Part shown: positions 31,501 to 43,700 of the stretch, in pieces | How positions within the stretch are numbered: position 1 is the stretch's first letter | Layout of the letters: every line of letters begins with the position of its first letter | NCBI GenBank assembly: GCA_004431415.1 | Contig: QPMI01000273.1 | Span: forward strand, 1 to 64,000 | Direction: 5' to 3' | DNA length: 64,000 nt | From: Cyanophora paradoxa CCMP329 | Lineage: Eukaryota; Plantae; Glaucophyta | Translations under genes and position numbers: made by a program | The notes under the pieces: model-generated | What the model was told of the DNA's origin: nothing | What the model saw: only the letters and a program-made list of their open reading frames with translations | The model's database searches: none

Positions 31501-34500
31501 AGGAGGTGGCCGTCGGGCCGGCGGCGTACAGGGCGGAGCTCTTCGCGGGGCCGACGGCGCGCTGCAACTCGACGACGCGGAGCCTCGCCGGCCTCCCCCG
31601 GGACCTCCACCGCTTCCGCTTCTTCATCGACACCTCGGTCTCGTATATGGTGACCTCCTGCTCCGGGGGCTGGCCCGCCTGCAAGAACGTCGACGTCAAG
31701 ACGGTCCCGCGGTGGGGCGGTGGCCTCAGCGGCGTCTACCTCACGCGCGTCCGCTTCGAAGAGCACGGGTGAGGCCGCGTCGTCAATGACACCCGGGCCC
31801 GCGGTCGCGGTCGCGCGTTGCAATTGACGGCCCGGGTCGGGTCGGGTCGGGCAGGCGCTCGCACTTCCCCATCTTCGACGTCAGCGGCGGCCAGGCGATG
31901 GTCTACGCGGGGAACCCCGCCATGCCCTCCTACCAGATCGCGGAGAAGCTCGCCTCGGACGCCGCCGGCGAGAACCGTGCGGAACGCGATTGAGAAAATA
32001 TTCGCTGTCCGATTGCGAGAATGTTGATATCAATGCGTCTTCGCAGTGCCGTTCGACCCGAATGATGGGAACGGGGCCTTCTGGATCCGACCCGGCACCT
32101 ACTATGTGCTGATCCAGGTCAGCGAACTCGAGCATAAAGCGCCCCAAGCTTCAGTGCGGCGCCCTGTCGTGAAATCCGCCGTTCACCGTGAAGCGTGCGC
32201 ACGGGGCCGCAGGCATACGGGGACGCCACGTTCCGTCTGAACGTGCACGACCACACGTGCGCGCCGTCCTGGGCGAGCGTCGAGTGCCCGGCCCGCTGAC
32301 GCTGACGCCCCCGCGCCGGCCGGCTGGGCGCGTGCGCGTGCGCAGGTGCCCGACGCCGAACCCCCACTTTGAGGCGCTGGCCCTCAAGTCGGAGGGGGCG
32401 TGCCGGTTCGCCGAGTTCCCCCTGTGCGGGGCGGCGACGCTGGTGGCGGCCCCGGAGAACTCGGTCGGCCTCAACCAGTCGGACCTCTTCGCGCGGGCGG
32501 GGCTCCCCTCGCAGGCCCCCGGCCCCTCCCACACCACTCGCGACCTCGTCATCCGCGCCTCCTTCCCCTACGGCTCCGGAGGTCCCCCCCGCCCCGCCCC
32601 GCCAGCCCCCTTCCGCGCCCCCGCGCTCCGCCAAACTCTGGTAGCCCCTCTAACTCTCCCCCCCAGCGCTGAGCGCCGGCTGCGGGTTCTCGTACGCGCC
32701 CTCGGCCGTGTACATCTTCGTCATGGACGGCTGCCCCTCGTCCCCCCACTCGCACGTCCTCGCCAGTGCGCGCCCGCGCCCGCGGCCTCGGGCGCGCGCC
32801 CCGTGTAACGGGGAGCGGCCGCGGCCCCGCGGGCAGGCATGGCGTGCCAGTCCCCGGTGGCCGTCTCTTCCGCCAAGGAGCTGCTGCCGGGCACCTACTA
32901 CTTCGTCTACCTCTTCCGCGCCTCCGCCACCGACGCCGTCTCCTCGGCGGCCCCCTACATCGGCCCCCCCGCCACCCTCTCCTTCGGGACGCCCCAGCAG
33001 CGCGCCGCCTTCTGCGCCTACGGCACCGCCCCCGCCCGTCCGCCCCCTCTGCAGCCCCCTCCTCTCTCCCTCGCGCCGGCCGCTGACCGCGCGTGGCCGC
33101 GGCGCCCCGCAGGCCCCGCGTGCGGCGCTGGCGTGGCCGCCCCACTCCCCTACTGCGGGTCGCGCGGGGCGTCCCTGCGGGGCCAGCCGAGCGTGCTCGG
33201 AGGGGCGCGGGCGGGGAGCGCGGCCGCCTTCGAGCTGACGGAGCTCGGCTTCGCCAGGCGCCCCGGCCCCCCGCAGTCCCGCGGCCCGCTGCTCACGTGT
33301 CTCACGCGCGCGCAGGGTGGGCACGCGCGTGAGCGTCTGCGGGCCGGGCCTCGACTTCGTGCCGACCCTCTACCTCTTCTACGGCTGCCCCAGCGACCCC
33401 GCCGCCTCCCGCGTCTACTACGGTGCGCGCGGCAGCCCCCGGCGGCGGCCCCCGCGTGCACGAGATGAGCCCGGCCCCGGGCAGTGACGGGGTGCGAGAT
33501 GAGCGTCTCGGCCTTCCACACGCTCTCCATCGGCTCCCCCATCTACCTCGTCGTCGAGGGCGCGCCGCCCGCGCCCTAGGCCTCCGGGGGCTCCATCCCG
33601 GTGCCCTGGCTCTGAACGGGGGCGGGCCGGGCGGTGGGGCAGGCGTCCTCACGGGCGACCGGTCGGGCAACTTCACCATTACGGTGCCCCCTGCGTCTTC
33701 GTGCCCGTGCCCCCCAGGCCCGGACCTGAGTCCGCGGTCGCCCCGCGCAGGTGTCGGACCCGGAGTGCGGCGGGCACTTTGCGGGGCCCGGGGCGGGTGC
33801 TCAGGAGCCGGGCCCCGGCGGCCCCGGCGCGCAGCAGTGCTTCCCCAACGCACCGCCCGTCGACTACTACGACATAATCGTCCGCACCCCCCCCCTCCCC
33901 CTCCTCTCCCCCCCCCTCCCGCCCCCCTCCCTTCCCCCTGTCGTGATCGGCGGGCGCATGTGCAGTGCCCGCCGCCGATGACGCTCTCGCGCCTCTCGCC
34001 CGTGCGCCGGGGCGGCGCGGGGCCCGTCTTCTGCGGCGCCCCCGTCCCCGACCTGAAGGCCCGCCCCCCGGCCCGGCCCCAGCCCCGCGCGCGGCTCGCG
34101 ATCGCTCGCTCAACCATCCCGCGCCGCAGGGCCTGCTGTTCGCGGAGTGGGGCGGCAACGTGAGCCTCTGGCAGAGCGAGGCGCCCGGCGAGGGCCTCCT
34201 CCCCGCCGTCACCTCGTACCCCTCCAACGCCGCCTGGACCGCCGCCGGGCTCCCCGCGAGCCACTCCGGCGTGCACAAGGCGACCCTCCACCCCGCGCCT
34301 TCTAACACACCGCCGCCCGCTGAGGGCGGCCGCGGCGCAGCTGGACTTCAACGTGACGAACGGGTCGGGGCGGGGCCCGCGCGGCGCCTGCGCCCTCGAG
34401 CTCCGCGTCGTCGACGCCGACGGGCCCTTCGCCCGCGCCGTGCGCCGCCCATCCCCGAGGCCCCCGCCCCGCCTCGGCTGCCGACCCCGCGAGCAGAGGT

Positions 34501-35492
34501 GCCCGCCGCGGGAGCAGGAGCTGCTGGCGAGGGCGGGGCAGTGCAGCGTCCCCGCCCCCGACCTCGTCGGCGACGTCGGGGTGCGCTGCCCCGGGCCGGG
34601 GCGCGGGCCCGCGCGCCTCGGACCCCGCCGCTGATGCCGGCGCCCAGTTCGACGTCTCGTGCGTGCGGCCCGTGGACGGCGCGGCGACGGCCGTCCAGAG
34701 CGTCGCCCCCGGCACCCCGGTCCGCGCTCTCCCACCCGCCGGCGCCCCATGGCCGCCCCCGCCCTCCTCTGACGGGCGCGCTCCTCGGGGCGGCAGCTGA
34801 TGGTGGGCGAGTCGTACGAGGCGCGCATCTACTCGAGCGCCTTCCCCGCCGGCGCCTCCTGCCCGCTGCGCTTCCGCGTGCGGCGGGCGGCCACGCCGAG
34901 GATCGCCGCCGGCCCCGCGAGCCCCGGCGAGATCGCCGGCGTCGTCGGCGGCTCCCCGGACCCCGTCCCCGTCGACCTCAGGTGCCGCCCCGCCCCGCCT
35001 CGCCCCGCCCCCGCGCGCCGCCAGGGGCCCGACGCGCCGGGGGGCCCGCGCCCCGGGGGACAGCTTTGCGCTGGAGGACGGGTGCGGGGACCACGCGCGG
35101 GCGTGCCGCCTGGTCGTGCGGGCGGCGGGGACCCCGCCGTGGGCGCCGGCGGCTCCCTCGCCGACCCCGACGGCTCCCCGCGCCTCCTCTGGAACCAGGC
35201 CCGCAGCCCGGCCCGGCCCGGCCCGGCCCCCGCGGCTCGGGGCGGCAGCTGACGAGGGCGGGCAGACGTGCTCGGGGGACCTCAGGCGGGTGCTCCTGAG
35301 CCCCTACATCCGCCCCGAGTCCGCCCCCGCGCCCTTCGAATTCATCTTCTTCGCTCACGGGGCGCGCGCAGCGCGGCGGGGGCGCCGGGGGCCGTGGCGC
35401 GGACGTACCAGGTGGCCCTCACCTGCTCCTACGGGGCCGGCGCCGTCGCCTCCGCCGCCTGGAGCATCCCCCTCCGCCGCCCCCAGCCCTGA
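28585..35492 (+). CDS. Secreted subtilisin-like (S8A, proteinase-K-type) protease with I9 prodomain and long Cys-rich C-terminal extension, multi-exon
   Basis: Signal peptide MRALLGVLAAYSVLLAMVVVTHA (28606); HYIVGLKDG...LRGFSA (I9); WHLDR, VYVIDTG (Asp), FHGTAVAS (His), AGN, FSNWG, VDLFAPG, HGTSYAAALVAG (Ser). That the 3' exons belong to the same gene is inferred. Confidence 0.8.
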
Positions 35493-35809
35493 GCGCCGGC
35501 CGGGGCACGCCGGCACGCCTTCGCGACGGGGCACGCCGGGGCTCAGCGTTCCATTGGTTTGATTTTAGTTCACGATTTTAGTTTTAGTTGATTTTTTTTG
35601 GTTTGCACTGCGAAATCGATTAGTTCACGAGTTTATGCTATGTTCAGGTCGATGACAGCATGTGCTCCTAATTGTGCATGCCCAGCCTTCATCATGATCC
35701 TGAATATTTCTGTCGAGTCGAACAGTATACGTATACGTAGTTAGTGAATCTCGAACTTGAATTCGAAGGTCGCAAATTTAAATGGAATTTCCGCGAAGTT
35801 GCTATTCCG

Positions 35810-37170
35810 CGCCGCCTCCCTCCGCCCCGCCCCGCCCCGCCACGTGCCCCTCTTCGCCCTGCAGCTGCCCCCGCCCGCCTTCGAGCTCGCCGCCCCGCCC
35901 CCGCCCTCCTCCGCCAGCCCCCGCCCCGCCCGGGCACGGGCCCCGCTTCCTGCCGCCGGCCCCCTCGGCCCCGCCGCCGGCCCTAAGGTCCCTCCTCGAG
36001 CAGCTCGCCGCGGGCCCCGCGGCGGCGCGCGGGCCCCTCGGGCGCTCCCTCTCGGCCCCGGCGTCGCCCTCGGGCCCGGGCCCGGGCCCGGGGCGGGCGT
36101 GGACCCGGCGCTGCCCGTGGGCCCGGGGCCCTCGCAGGAGGCCTTCGCCGCCGCCCTCGCCGCCCCGCCCGCCCGCCCTCGCCCTAGCGCCCCGCACGTG
36201 CACCCCCTCGCCGCCCCCGGAACACCGCAGGCGCGTGCACGTGCACGGCAGCTTCTGCGCGCGCGCGTGCGGCCGGCGCGCTGATCATGACGGCGCGCCC
36301 GCCGGCAGCTGCAGCCGCAGGGGAGGAGGCGGCCGTGGGGCCGGCGGCGTACAGGGCGGAGCTCTTCGCGGGGCCGACGGCGCGCTGCAACTCGACGACG
36401 CGGAGCCTCGCCGGCCTCCCCCGGGACCTCCACCGCGTCCGCTTCCTCGTCGACGCCTCGAGCTCGGCCCCCTGCATGGCGACTTAGGCCTCCTGCTCCG
36501 GCGGGTGGCCCGCCTGCAAGGTGGTGCGCTGCAGCGCTCGTAGCGCGGTCCCCGTTCTTCTGAGCTCGCGGTCGCGCAGGGACGAGTGCTCTGCGCAGGT
36601 CCACGGAGTTCCGAATCAATACAAAAGTTTTCACTCCCGCGCCGAGGCCGAGCAGTGGCTGCGCGACGGTCCGCCGCCCCCCGCGCCGCGAGCGCCGCCG
36701 GCCGCCGCGCCGTTACCACTCGCGCCCGCCGTGTCGAGCCCCTACTGGTCGGGCGCGAGCCTGCCTCCCCTCCGCCTCGTCCTCCTCCGCTCCGGCCCCC
36801 GCGGTCGCCCCGCCGCTGCCGCTGAAGCGGGCGCGGGCGGAGCCGCCGCCGCCGCCGCCGCTGATCATGAAGCGGGCGCGGGCGGAGCCGCCGCCGCCGA
36901 TGCGGGTGGACTCGCAGTGTACGCCCCCCGCCACCCCGCCACCCCCCCCCCCCCCCCCCCTCCCCCCTCAAGGGCCACTCGGGCGTCCCGGGCAACGAGC
37001 TCGTCGACGCGATGGCCGCCGCCGCCGCCGCCATCGGCGCCCGCGCGGGGCCCAGCGCGACGAGGGCCCGCCGCCGCCCTCCGCCTCCTCGGGCGGCCCG
37101 CCGCCGTGCCTCTGCCCCTCGAGCCCGTCACCAAGCGGCCCGGGCCCCGCCCGGGCTGCCGCTGAGCCGC
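35810..37170 (+). pseudogene. Mosaic pseudogene of PLAC8-gene, subtilase and RNase H1 fragments
   Basis: 35812-36193 ~ 21500-21885; 36243-36520 ~ 31411-31685; 36580-36670 DECSAQVHG...YKSF.SRAEAEQWL; 36968-37020 LKGHSGVPGNELVDAMA. Confidence 0.85.
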
Positions 37171-37834
37171 CGCCCCCGGGCCCGCCCCCGCTCGCCGGGC
37201 TCCAGACCCCTTCCCCTCTTTCTCCTTCTAGATCTGCTTCTCTCCTTTGCTGTTCCTCTTCTCTCTTCGGTGCTCCAAGGCTCTCTCACACACCGCCTCT
37301 CCGTCCTTTGTGTCGTCCCTTTCTCTCTTCCGCTCCCGTGCTCCTTCAAGCTGCCCTCTATCTCCTCTAGATCTTCTCCTTCAATTTCCCCCTCTGTCCC
37401 CTCCTCTTCCCTCTCTCCTCTCCTCTCGTCTCCTTAGGCTAGGCAGGGCTCCTGTAGCTCGTCTAGAAGCTCCAGCGCAGCGAGTTGGCACGCACGGTGA
37501 GCGCCTCGCGGAATAGCGCCAGAGCCTGCAGCCGCTCGCTCATCCTGTACCCGGGACTCGGCAGGTCGGCTTGCAATTGCAAGCGCCGCAGCTCGCTCAG
37601 GTTCGTGCAGAGCGCCTGCGCGCACTAGAGATGCGGCGGGCGATGCGGACTCGCGCGTGCGCGCGAGGAATAAGGAGCGCGAGCCGAATTCCAAAACGGA
37701 GCGGATTTCGCGCTTAGTTTCGCGCCGAGGCGCTCCCCGCATCGCCCAGCAACTCTTCCTTATCGTTGGATTTCGCGCAGGCGTTCTTCTTCGTCCACCA
37801 CGCGAGATTTCGCGCCAAGGCAGGCGAAGAAGCA

Positions 37835-39451
37835 ATGGCGAAGAAGAACTACTACGCCGTCCGCAAGGGTCACAGAACGGGGATCTTCACAGACTGGTGC
37901 GCATGCGCATCTAGATCTACAGCTTCCGCGGTGTCCGCTCGCAAGATTTGATCGGGCCCCTTCGCACAGGGACGAGTGCAAAGCTGCGACTACTGGTTAC
38001 AGCGAACCTAGTTTCCGAGGCTTCAGGACGCGCGTGGAAGCCGAGGAGTGGCTCCGGGGTTCGCCGACCTCCGATGCCGCTCAAGCGGCGTGCTGACCCG
38101 CATGATCGCAGGGGCCCCATCTCCGCTCTGCGGGAACTTCGCGAGGGGCGCCTGCAACGACGACATCCACTGCCCGTGCGACCCCTAGCCGCGCTTCTGA
38201 ACCGATGCGGACCTCACGCCGACGCAGGGACCGGCACGAGATGCCGCCAGTGGCGGCGGCGCCAACGCGGCAGCTGCAGCCGGCGGTCGCGCGCTGGTCG
38301 GCCCCTGCGCATGCATCTGGATGGGGACTCCCGCCGCGCAGCAGCCCGCATGGCCGGCTGTCGGCTCCCGCCGCTCTGGCGATCGCTGGGACAAGCGGTC
38401 CCTTCGGCCGCGATTCCCGCGGCCTCCTGCCGCCTCCCGTGCTCGTGGCCGTGCCTGTCGAGAGCTCGTCTCCCGCCCGGCGGTGCGCTCGACACGTTTT
38501 GCCCTCTTACCGCCCGGCCCCGGGATCTGACGTCGCGCGCAGGGGGGGCCTTGAGGAGCCCCGCACGGCAAAGCGGGCGCCCCCGGCAGCGGCTCCGTCG
38601 CCGCAGGCGCTGCACGTGAAGCGGGCGCGGGCGGGGCCGCCGGCCGACGCGGCGATCGGCGAGGACGACGCCGTCATCTTCGCGTGCGGCCCCTTCGATT
38701 TCGCCCCCCTCCGCGCGTCCGTCCGACCCGCCGCGCAGGGACGGCGGCTGCTTCAAGAGCGCCGGCCCCGGCCCCGGCGGTGCGCTCGCGGCTGGAGGCC
38801 AGACGCGCCTCGAGCTGACGGTCGGCAGGCTGGGCGTACGCGCTGGTGCTGCCGGCGAGCGCGCCGGGGACGGGGGCCCACGAGGCGGCGCTGCGGGCGC
38901 GGAGCGGCTTCGACGCGGCGACGACGAACAACCGAATGGAGCTGCGCGCCGCCATCGAGGGCCTCACCGCCCTCCCGCAGGGCTTCCGCGGCAGGCAAGC
39001 GGTCGTCTCCCTTCCGAGCCCCGCCCGCAGCCGGCCTGACTCGGCCGCAGGGTGCACCTGTACTTCACGTCCCACTGTCCGCCGCCCGCCCTCCCGCCCG
39101 CCCCGCTGCCCCAACGCCGGCGCAGTCGTGATGAAGGGCCTGACGGAGTGGGTGGCGGCCTGGAAGCGGAAGGGCTGGCGCACGCCCACTGCAGACGGCG
39201 AGCGGCCCGTCGCGAGCGAGCACCTGTGGGGCGAGCTGGAGGCGGCGGCGGCCCCGCACGCCGTCTCCTGGCGCTGGCTCGACCCGAGGGGGCAGCCCCG
39301 CGCCGCCGGCTGCGAACTCGTCGACGCGATGGCCGCCGCGGCCGTCGCCGCCCGCGCCGGAGAGCAGCGCGCCAAGGGCGCCTCTGCCGCCCTCCGCCTC
39401 TGCCGCCCCGCCCCGGCCGTCCCCGCCCTCGCGCCCTCCTCCTTCCCCTGA
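37835..39451 (+). CDS. RNase H1-like protein (hybrid-binding domain + CCCH finger + RNase H fold), multi-exon, probably catalytically impaired
   Basis: MAKKNYYAVRKGHRTGIFTDW|DECK...FRGF.TR.EAEEWL; IFA|DGGC; TTNNRMELRAAIEGL; KGLTEWVAAWKRKGWR; ELVDAMA. Confidence 0.85.
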
Positions 39452-40726
39452 GCCCGATCCGCCCTCCTCCTTCCCCCGGGCCTGATCAACGGGCCGCTGT
39501 AGGGCGGAGCTCCCTCTGCTGTAGGGCGGAGCTCGAGTGTAGCGCTGATATCTAGATCTATAGACAGCACTGTCAGCTAGCTATGGGCTCGGCCGCGAGG
39601 GGCAGCGGGGGGGGCTGCAGCTGGCAGGGAGCCGAGCGGCCCTCCATGCGCTCTCATACGGGCCCGGGGCCCGCGTGGGGCCCGGCCCCCTGCGGAGGGG
39701 CGGAAGGAGGGGGTCGGAGGGGCCGAACCACGCCCCGCACAGCGGCACGCATGCGCAGGATCCCGGAGAGGAGGCCGGGGGCCGGCTTGGCGCCGGGGAA
39801 AATATTTGAAGCCGAGTACGACGGCGAAGTTGACGTCGTTGCAATATCGATTGCGCAGGAATATAGTCGACGCTCATTTATAATTAGTCGGGACCGCCCC
39901 CAGCGCGTGCGATTATTTAGTCGGGACCGCCCGGCCCAACTAGCTATAGTACTGCCCCCCCCGAATGCTTTCAAGTCAACGTTTCCCCGAATGGTAATGC
40001 AAATGGGGCCTACTCGAATCCACTTGCAATTGAATTCCGAAGGCCTCGACCCTTCGAGATCGAGCGACGCATTGCAAAACGCTCTGTCGCGTCCTACTTT
40101 CCCTTCCAAAGGAATGGGCAACCTGGCAGCTGCGCCTTGACGATGAGTTGCCAGTGCACATGCGCGATGGAGTCGAGTAGATCCAGATGCAAGTGCAATC
40201 GATATCGTCATGTGCACGAGCTAAAAAACCCCCGTTTGCGCAGGAGCTCGAATATGTATATATGTACAGCGACGCTAGATCTTTTGGTGACTGTATCGCA
40301 ATCGACGGCGCCGGCGCCGTCGACGTCGTCGGGGGCGCCATCGTTAATCATTGAATGCTGGCGCCGGCGCCATCATTGATCTGTTTCGATCATTCACCCG
40401 TTGACCGAACCTCGCTCCCTAGGCCTGTAGGCACTGGGGAGGGAGGGGGGGAAATGGGCAGGGGGGGCAGGGGGAGAGGGACAGACGGGGGTACAAGGGG
40501 GGGAAAGAGGGGGGGGGGGCAATCTAAGGAAGAGGCGGGGGACGAGACCTAAGAGGCGGGCCCCCCTCTCGCTCAGCAGCTGATCATGATCAGGATCATG
40601 CATCTGAATCAAAAACAAAAATCAAAATCGAAGCCTCGCTCTTTTAATTTGTTTGCTTGCCAGTCGCTAGACTGGCTCCTCACGTTCAAATTCTTTAATT
40701 TATTTACTACGGGATCCTTGCGAATA

Positions 40727-43700
40727 TTACTGAAATAAATAGAGTTGCATAGGCCGCGGCCGGGCGGAGGGGGGCCTGGGGCGGAGGGGGACGCCGGCGA
40801 GGCGGACGGGGCAGCGGGCGGGGTCGAGGAGGCGCGCGTTCCCCGCGAGCATGCGGCGGAAGAGGGCGAGCCCCCCCTCCGTCCTCCGTCGCCTGCCGGG
40901 CAGCCTCCCGCTCAACGAGCGGCAGCCGCGGGGGGCGGGGGCGCGCGCGGGCCTTGATGACGTGGAGGGCGCGGTTCCGGCCCGGCCCGTCGCGGGGTCG
41001 CGCGTCGCCGCCCGGTGCAGCCGGGCCACCTGCGGCCCCCGGCCCCTCTCAGAAATCAAGACAACAATCAACAGCCCGATCGCGAGCTCGGGGGGCCGAC
41101 GGGCCGGCCGCGGGGAGCCTGCCTGCTCGGGCTCCAGCCGACTCTCGGGGTCGGCAGCATCCGTGTACCCCACATGCAGCAGGGGCGCCCCGCCGGGGGT
41201 CCGGAGCAGCGCCTGCCGCAGCGCCCGACGGATCCCGGAGTAAATATTTTAATGCAAACCGAATCGGTTTTCGGCATTAGACTCAAATATGTGCGCCCTA
41301 GACCTTCAATGTCGAATTGGACTGCAGCTGCTGGCCCGACCTGGATGTGGATTGCGACGTCCGCCGCTTGGGTGCCCTCGACGGCGCGCCCGTGGTGGTC
41401 CAGGCCCTCCTGCGCATACACTGCCGTCAGACGAGTGCACCCGGAGCCCGCCTGCACCCTGCACGCGGCTCATGCAATGCTTTAATTTCGAGGGCGAGTT
41501 GTGATTGCCGTCGACCCGGTCGAGTTCACGGCGGCGACTCGGAGCTGAAAGGCAGCGGGGGCACCTTCACGAACTTGACGAAGAGTATGGAGATGGACTC
41601 TTTCAGGTCCCGCACCGCGCTCCCCGTGGGGGGCGGGGCGCGGGCCCGGGCCCCGCCCCACGCCCAGGTACGCCGCCCGGTCCAGCACGCGGCTCGTCCC
41701 GGAGGGGGGTCTCTGAGGGGAGGGCGGGCGCGGACAGGTGACTCCCCACGTCCTGCCGGCGCCCCCGGAGTCGGCGATTCGAATCGCGAGGCCGCGAGCG
41801 CAGCGCACTTGAATGCTCTGTGCGTCGAGGTCGCCCCACGGGGCGAACGTGGCGAGGTCTGTGCGCACAGGGTCCGCCGCAGGCACCTGTAACGCATGCG
41901 CATGCGCGAAAATCAGTTGATGTCACGATCAGCCAACGCAAAATTAAATCTGAAGCTTCAGGAAACGTGCACGCAGGTCTTCAATTTTCCCAAACATGCT
42001 AACATTTGATTATAAACCGTAAGCAACATTCGCACCTTGCTGAAAATGAGCACATCGGATGCGTGCAATTTCGATGGGACTTGTCCCTTACATTTCGCCT
42101 TGTGCCCCCCATTCCAGTCATTCTTCTGACAGTTGCGTCCACAGTACCAGGCACTCTTGCATCTGCTCAAAAATTCAGCTACATGTACATGTGGATTCCT
42201 GACAAGCTTATATAATTAAGGGACACGCTAGCTATAGGGATAAATACCGAGAGCAACTGGAGAGCGGGGGATCGGAGGCTCCGCGAAGGCGGCCGCAGCC
42301 GTCGCAGCGGTCGCGCTCGCGCGCAGAGGGGCTGCGGGGCGCCGCGGGGTGCGAGAACGCCACGCGGGCCTCGCAATCGCGATCGTGCTCTCCGCCGGAC
42401 CCTGCCGGCGGTTCGAATTCAGCACGGGATCGGAACCCTGCAACACCCCGGCCTGCGTCCGCCGACGAATGCGCTGACCCCAGCGCAGGAGGGCGACGTG
42501 GGGCGACTCCATGACGACGCTGAGGTCGGGGGCGGGCGCCACGAGGCGAACGGTGTACCCGTCCACGCGCTCCTCCACCTCGCGCACGCGGGGCGGGGCC
42601 GGGGCGGAACCCAGGGCCGGCGGCAGGCGGCGGGCGTGGGGAGGGAGGGGAGCGGGGGGCGAGGCGAGGGGGTGGGCGCGGTGGAGAGGGGGCGTGCCGG
42701 CGAGGAGGGGCATCCCCGTCTCGTCTCGCCGCCCGTGAGGCCGACCTCCGTGCCCCCGCTGCGCGCGCGCGCCTCCCAGTCCAGCGGGGCGAGGAGGCCG
42801 ACCGCGCACAGCTGATCGTCGGCGTCGACGCACTCGAACGCCGCGGCGTCGGGGGCGGGCGGGAATGCCCCCTCCTCCGCGCTGGCCGCGTCCGCCCAGG
42901 TGAGGGACGCCGCCCCGACGGCCGCGACGAGGCGGAGCGAGGGGCAGGGGGCCGGGGGAGGAAGGTAGGGCCCCGGCGGCTCGCCCTTCGCCACCAGCGG
43001 AGGCGCAAAGGGCTGCGGGACGCCGCTGGCCTGGAGGTAGACCAGGGGCGCCTCTTCGATGCCAGCAACCGCCTTCGCCACCCGCCACTGCTCCGCGTAG
43101 GAGATGCGCGAAAAGCCTCTCCCCGCCAACGCGCGGGCCGCGAAAAGCGCATCGCAGGCGCGCAGAACGGCCGTCGCGTCGGCGGAACGGCCGGCGGCGT
43201 TGCGGGCTGCGACCGTGAACAGGAGCGGGGTGGCGTGGTAGGGTGCGCCGGCTCTGTTCCCGAGGGCGGCGAGGGGCGGCTGGGCTGTGTGCCCGACGAG
43301 GGCGGCGAGGGCCGCGTGGATCGATGCCACCACCCTCGCGAAAAGAGACGGAAGTCGGGAGGCTTAAGCTTGAGAGCAGAGGCCGCTTCCAAAGCACCGT
43401 CACCTTCGCGGCGATCCGACATATTAGCTACAGGAAGAAGTTTGAACGGCAATCGCAAGGCGCCGCAATGTTCAGCGGACCTCCAGCGCCTCGCTCGTGA
43501 CGAGTGTGCGTGCAGGATGTCCGGGCAGAGATGGCGGGCGCGTGAAGAGCTGCAACGAATCCAAATCCTGAAAAATGTACGTGAATTCAGTGATTAACGT
43601 CCCTGCGTTCTTGAGAGTTTTCTTGAAGCTTAAGCAAATTACAGGCGCACTGTGGCGAGCCTGAGGCCGAGGAGGGTGGGCAGCAGCGCCGGCTGGAACC

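Noticed and set aside
37205-37436. Pyrimidine-rich tract as a functional element
   Set aside because: Low-complexity sequence with no further structure.
39580-40560. ORFs 39583-40140 / 39654-40217 and a short ttagtcgggaccgccc duplication
   Set aside because: No recognisable protein motif, TIR pair or TSD; left unannotated.
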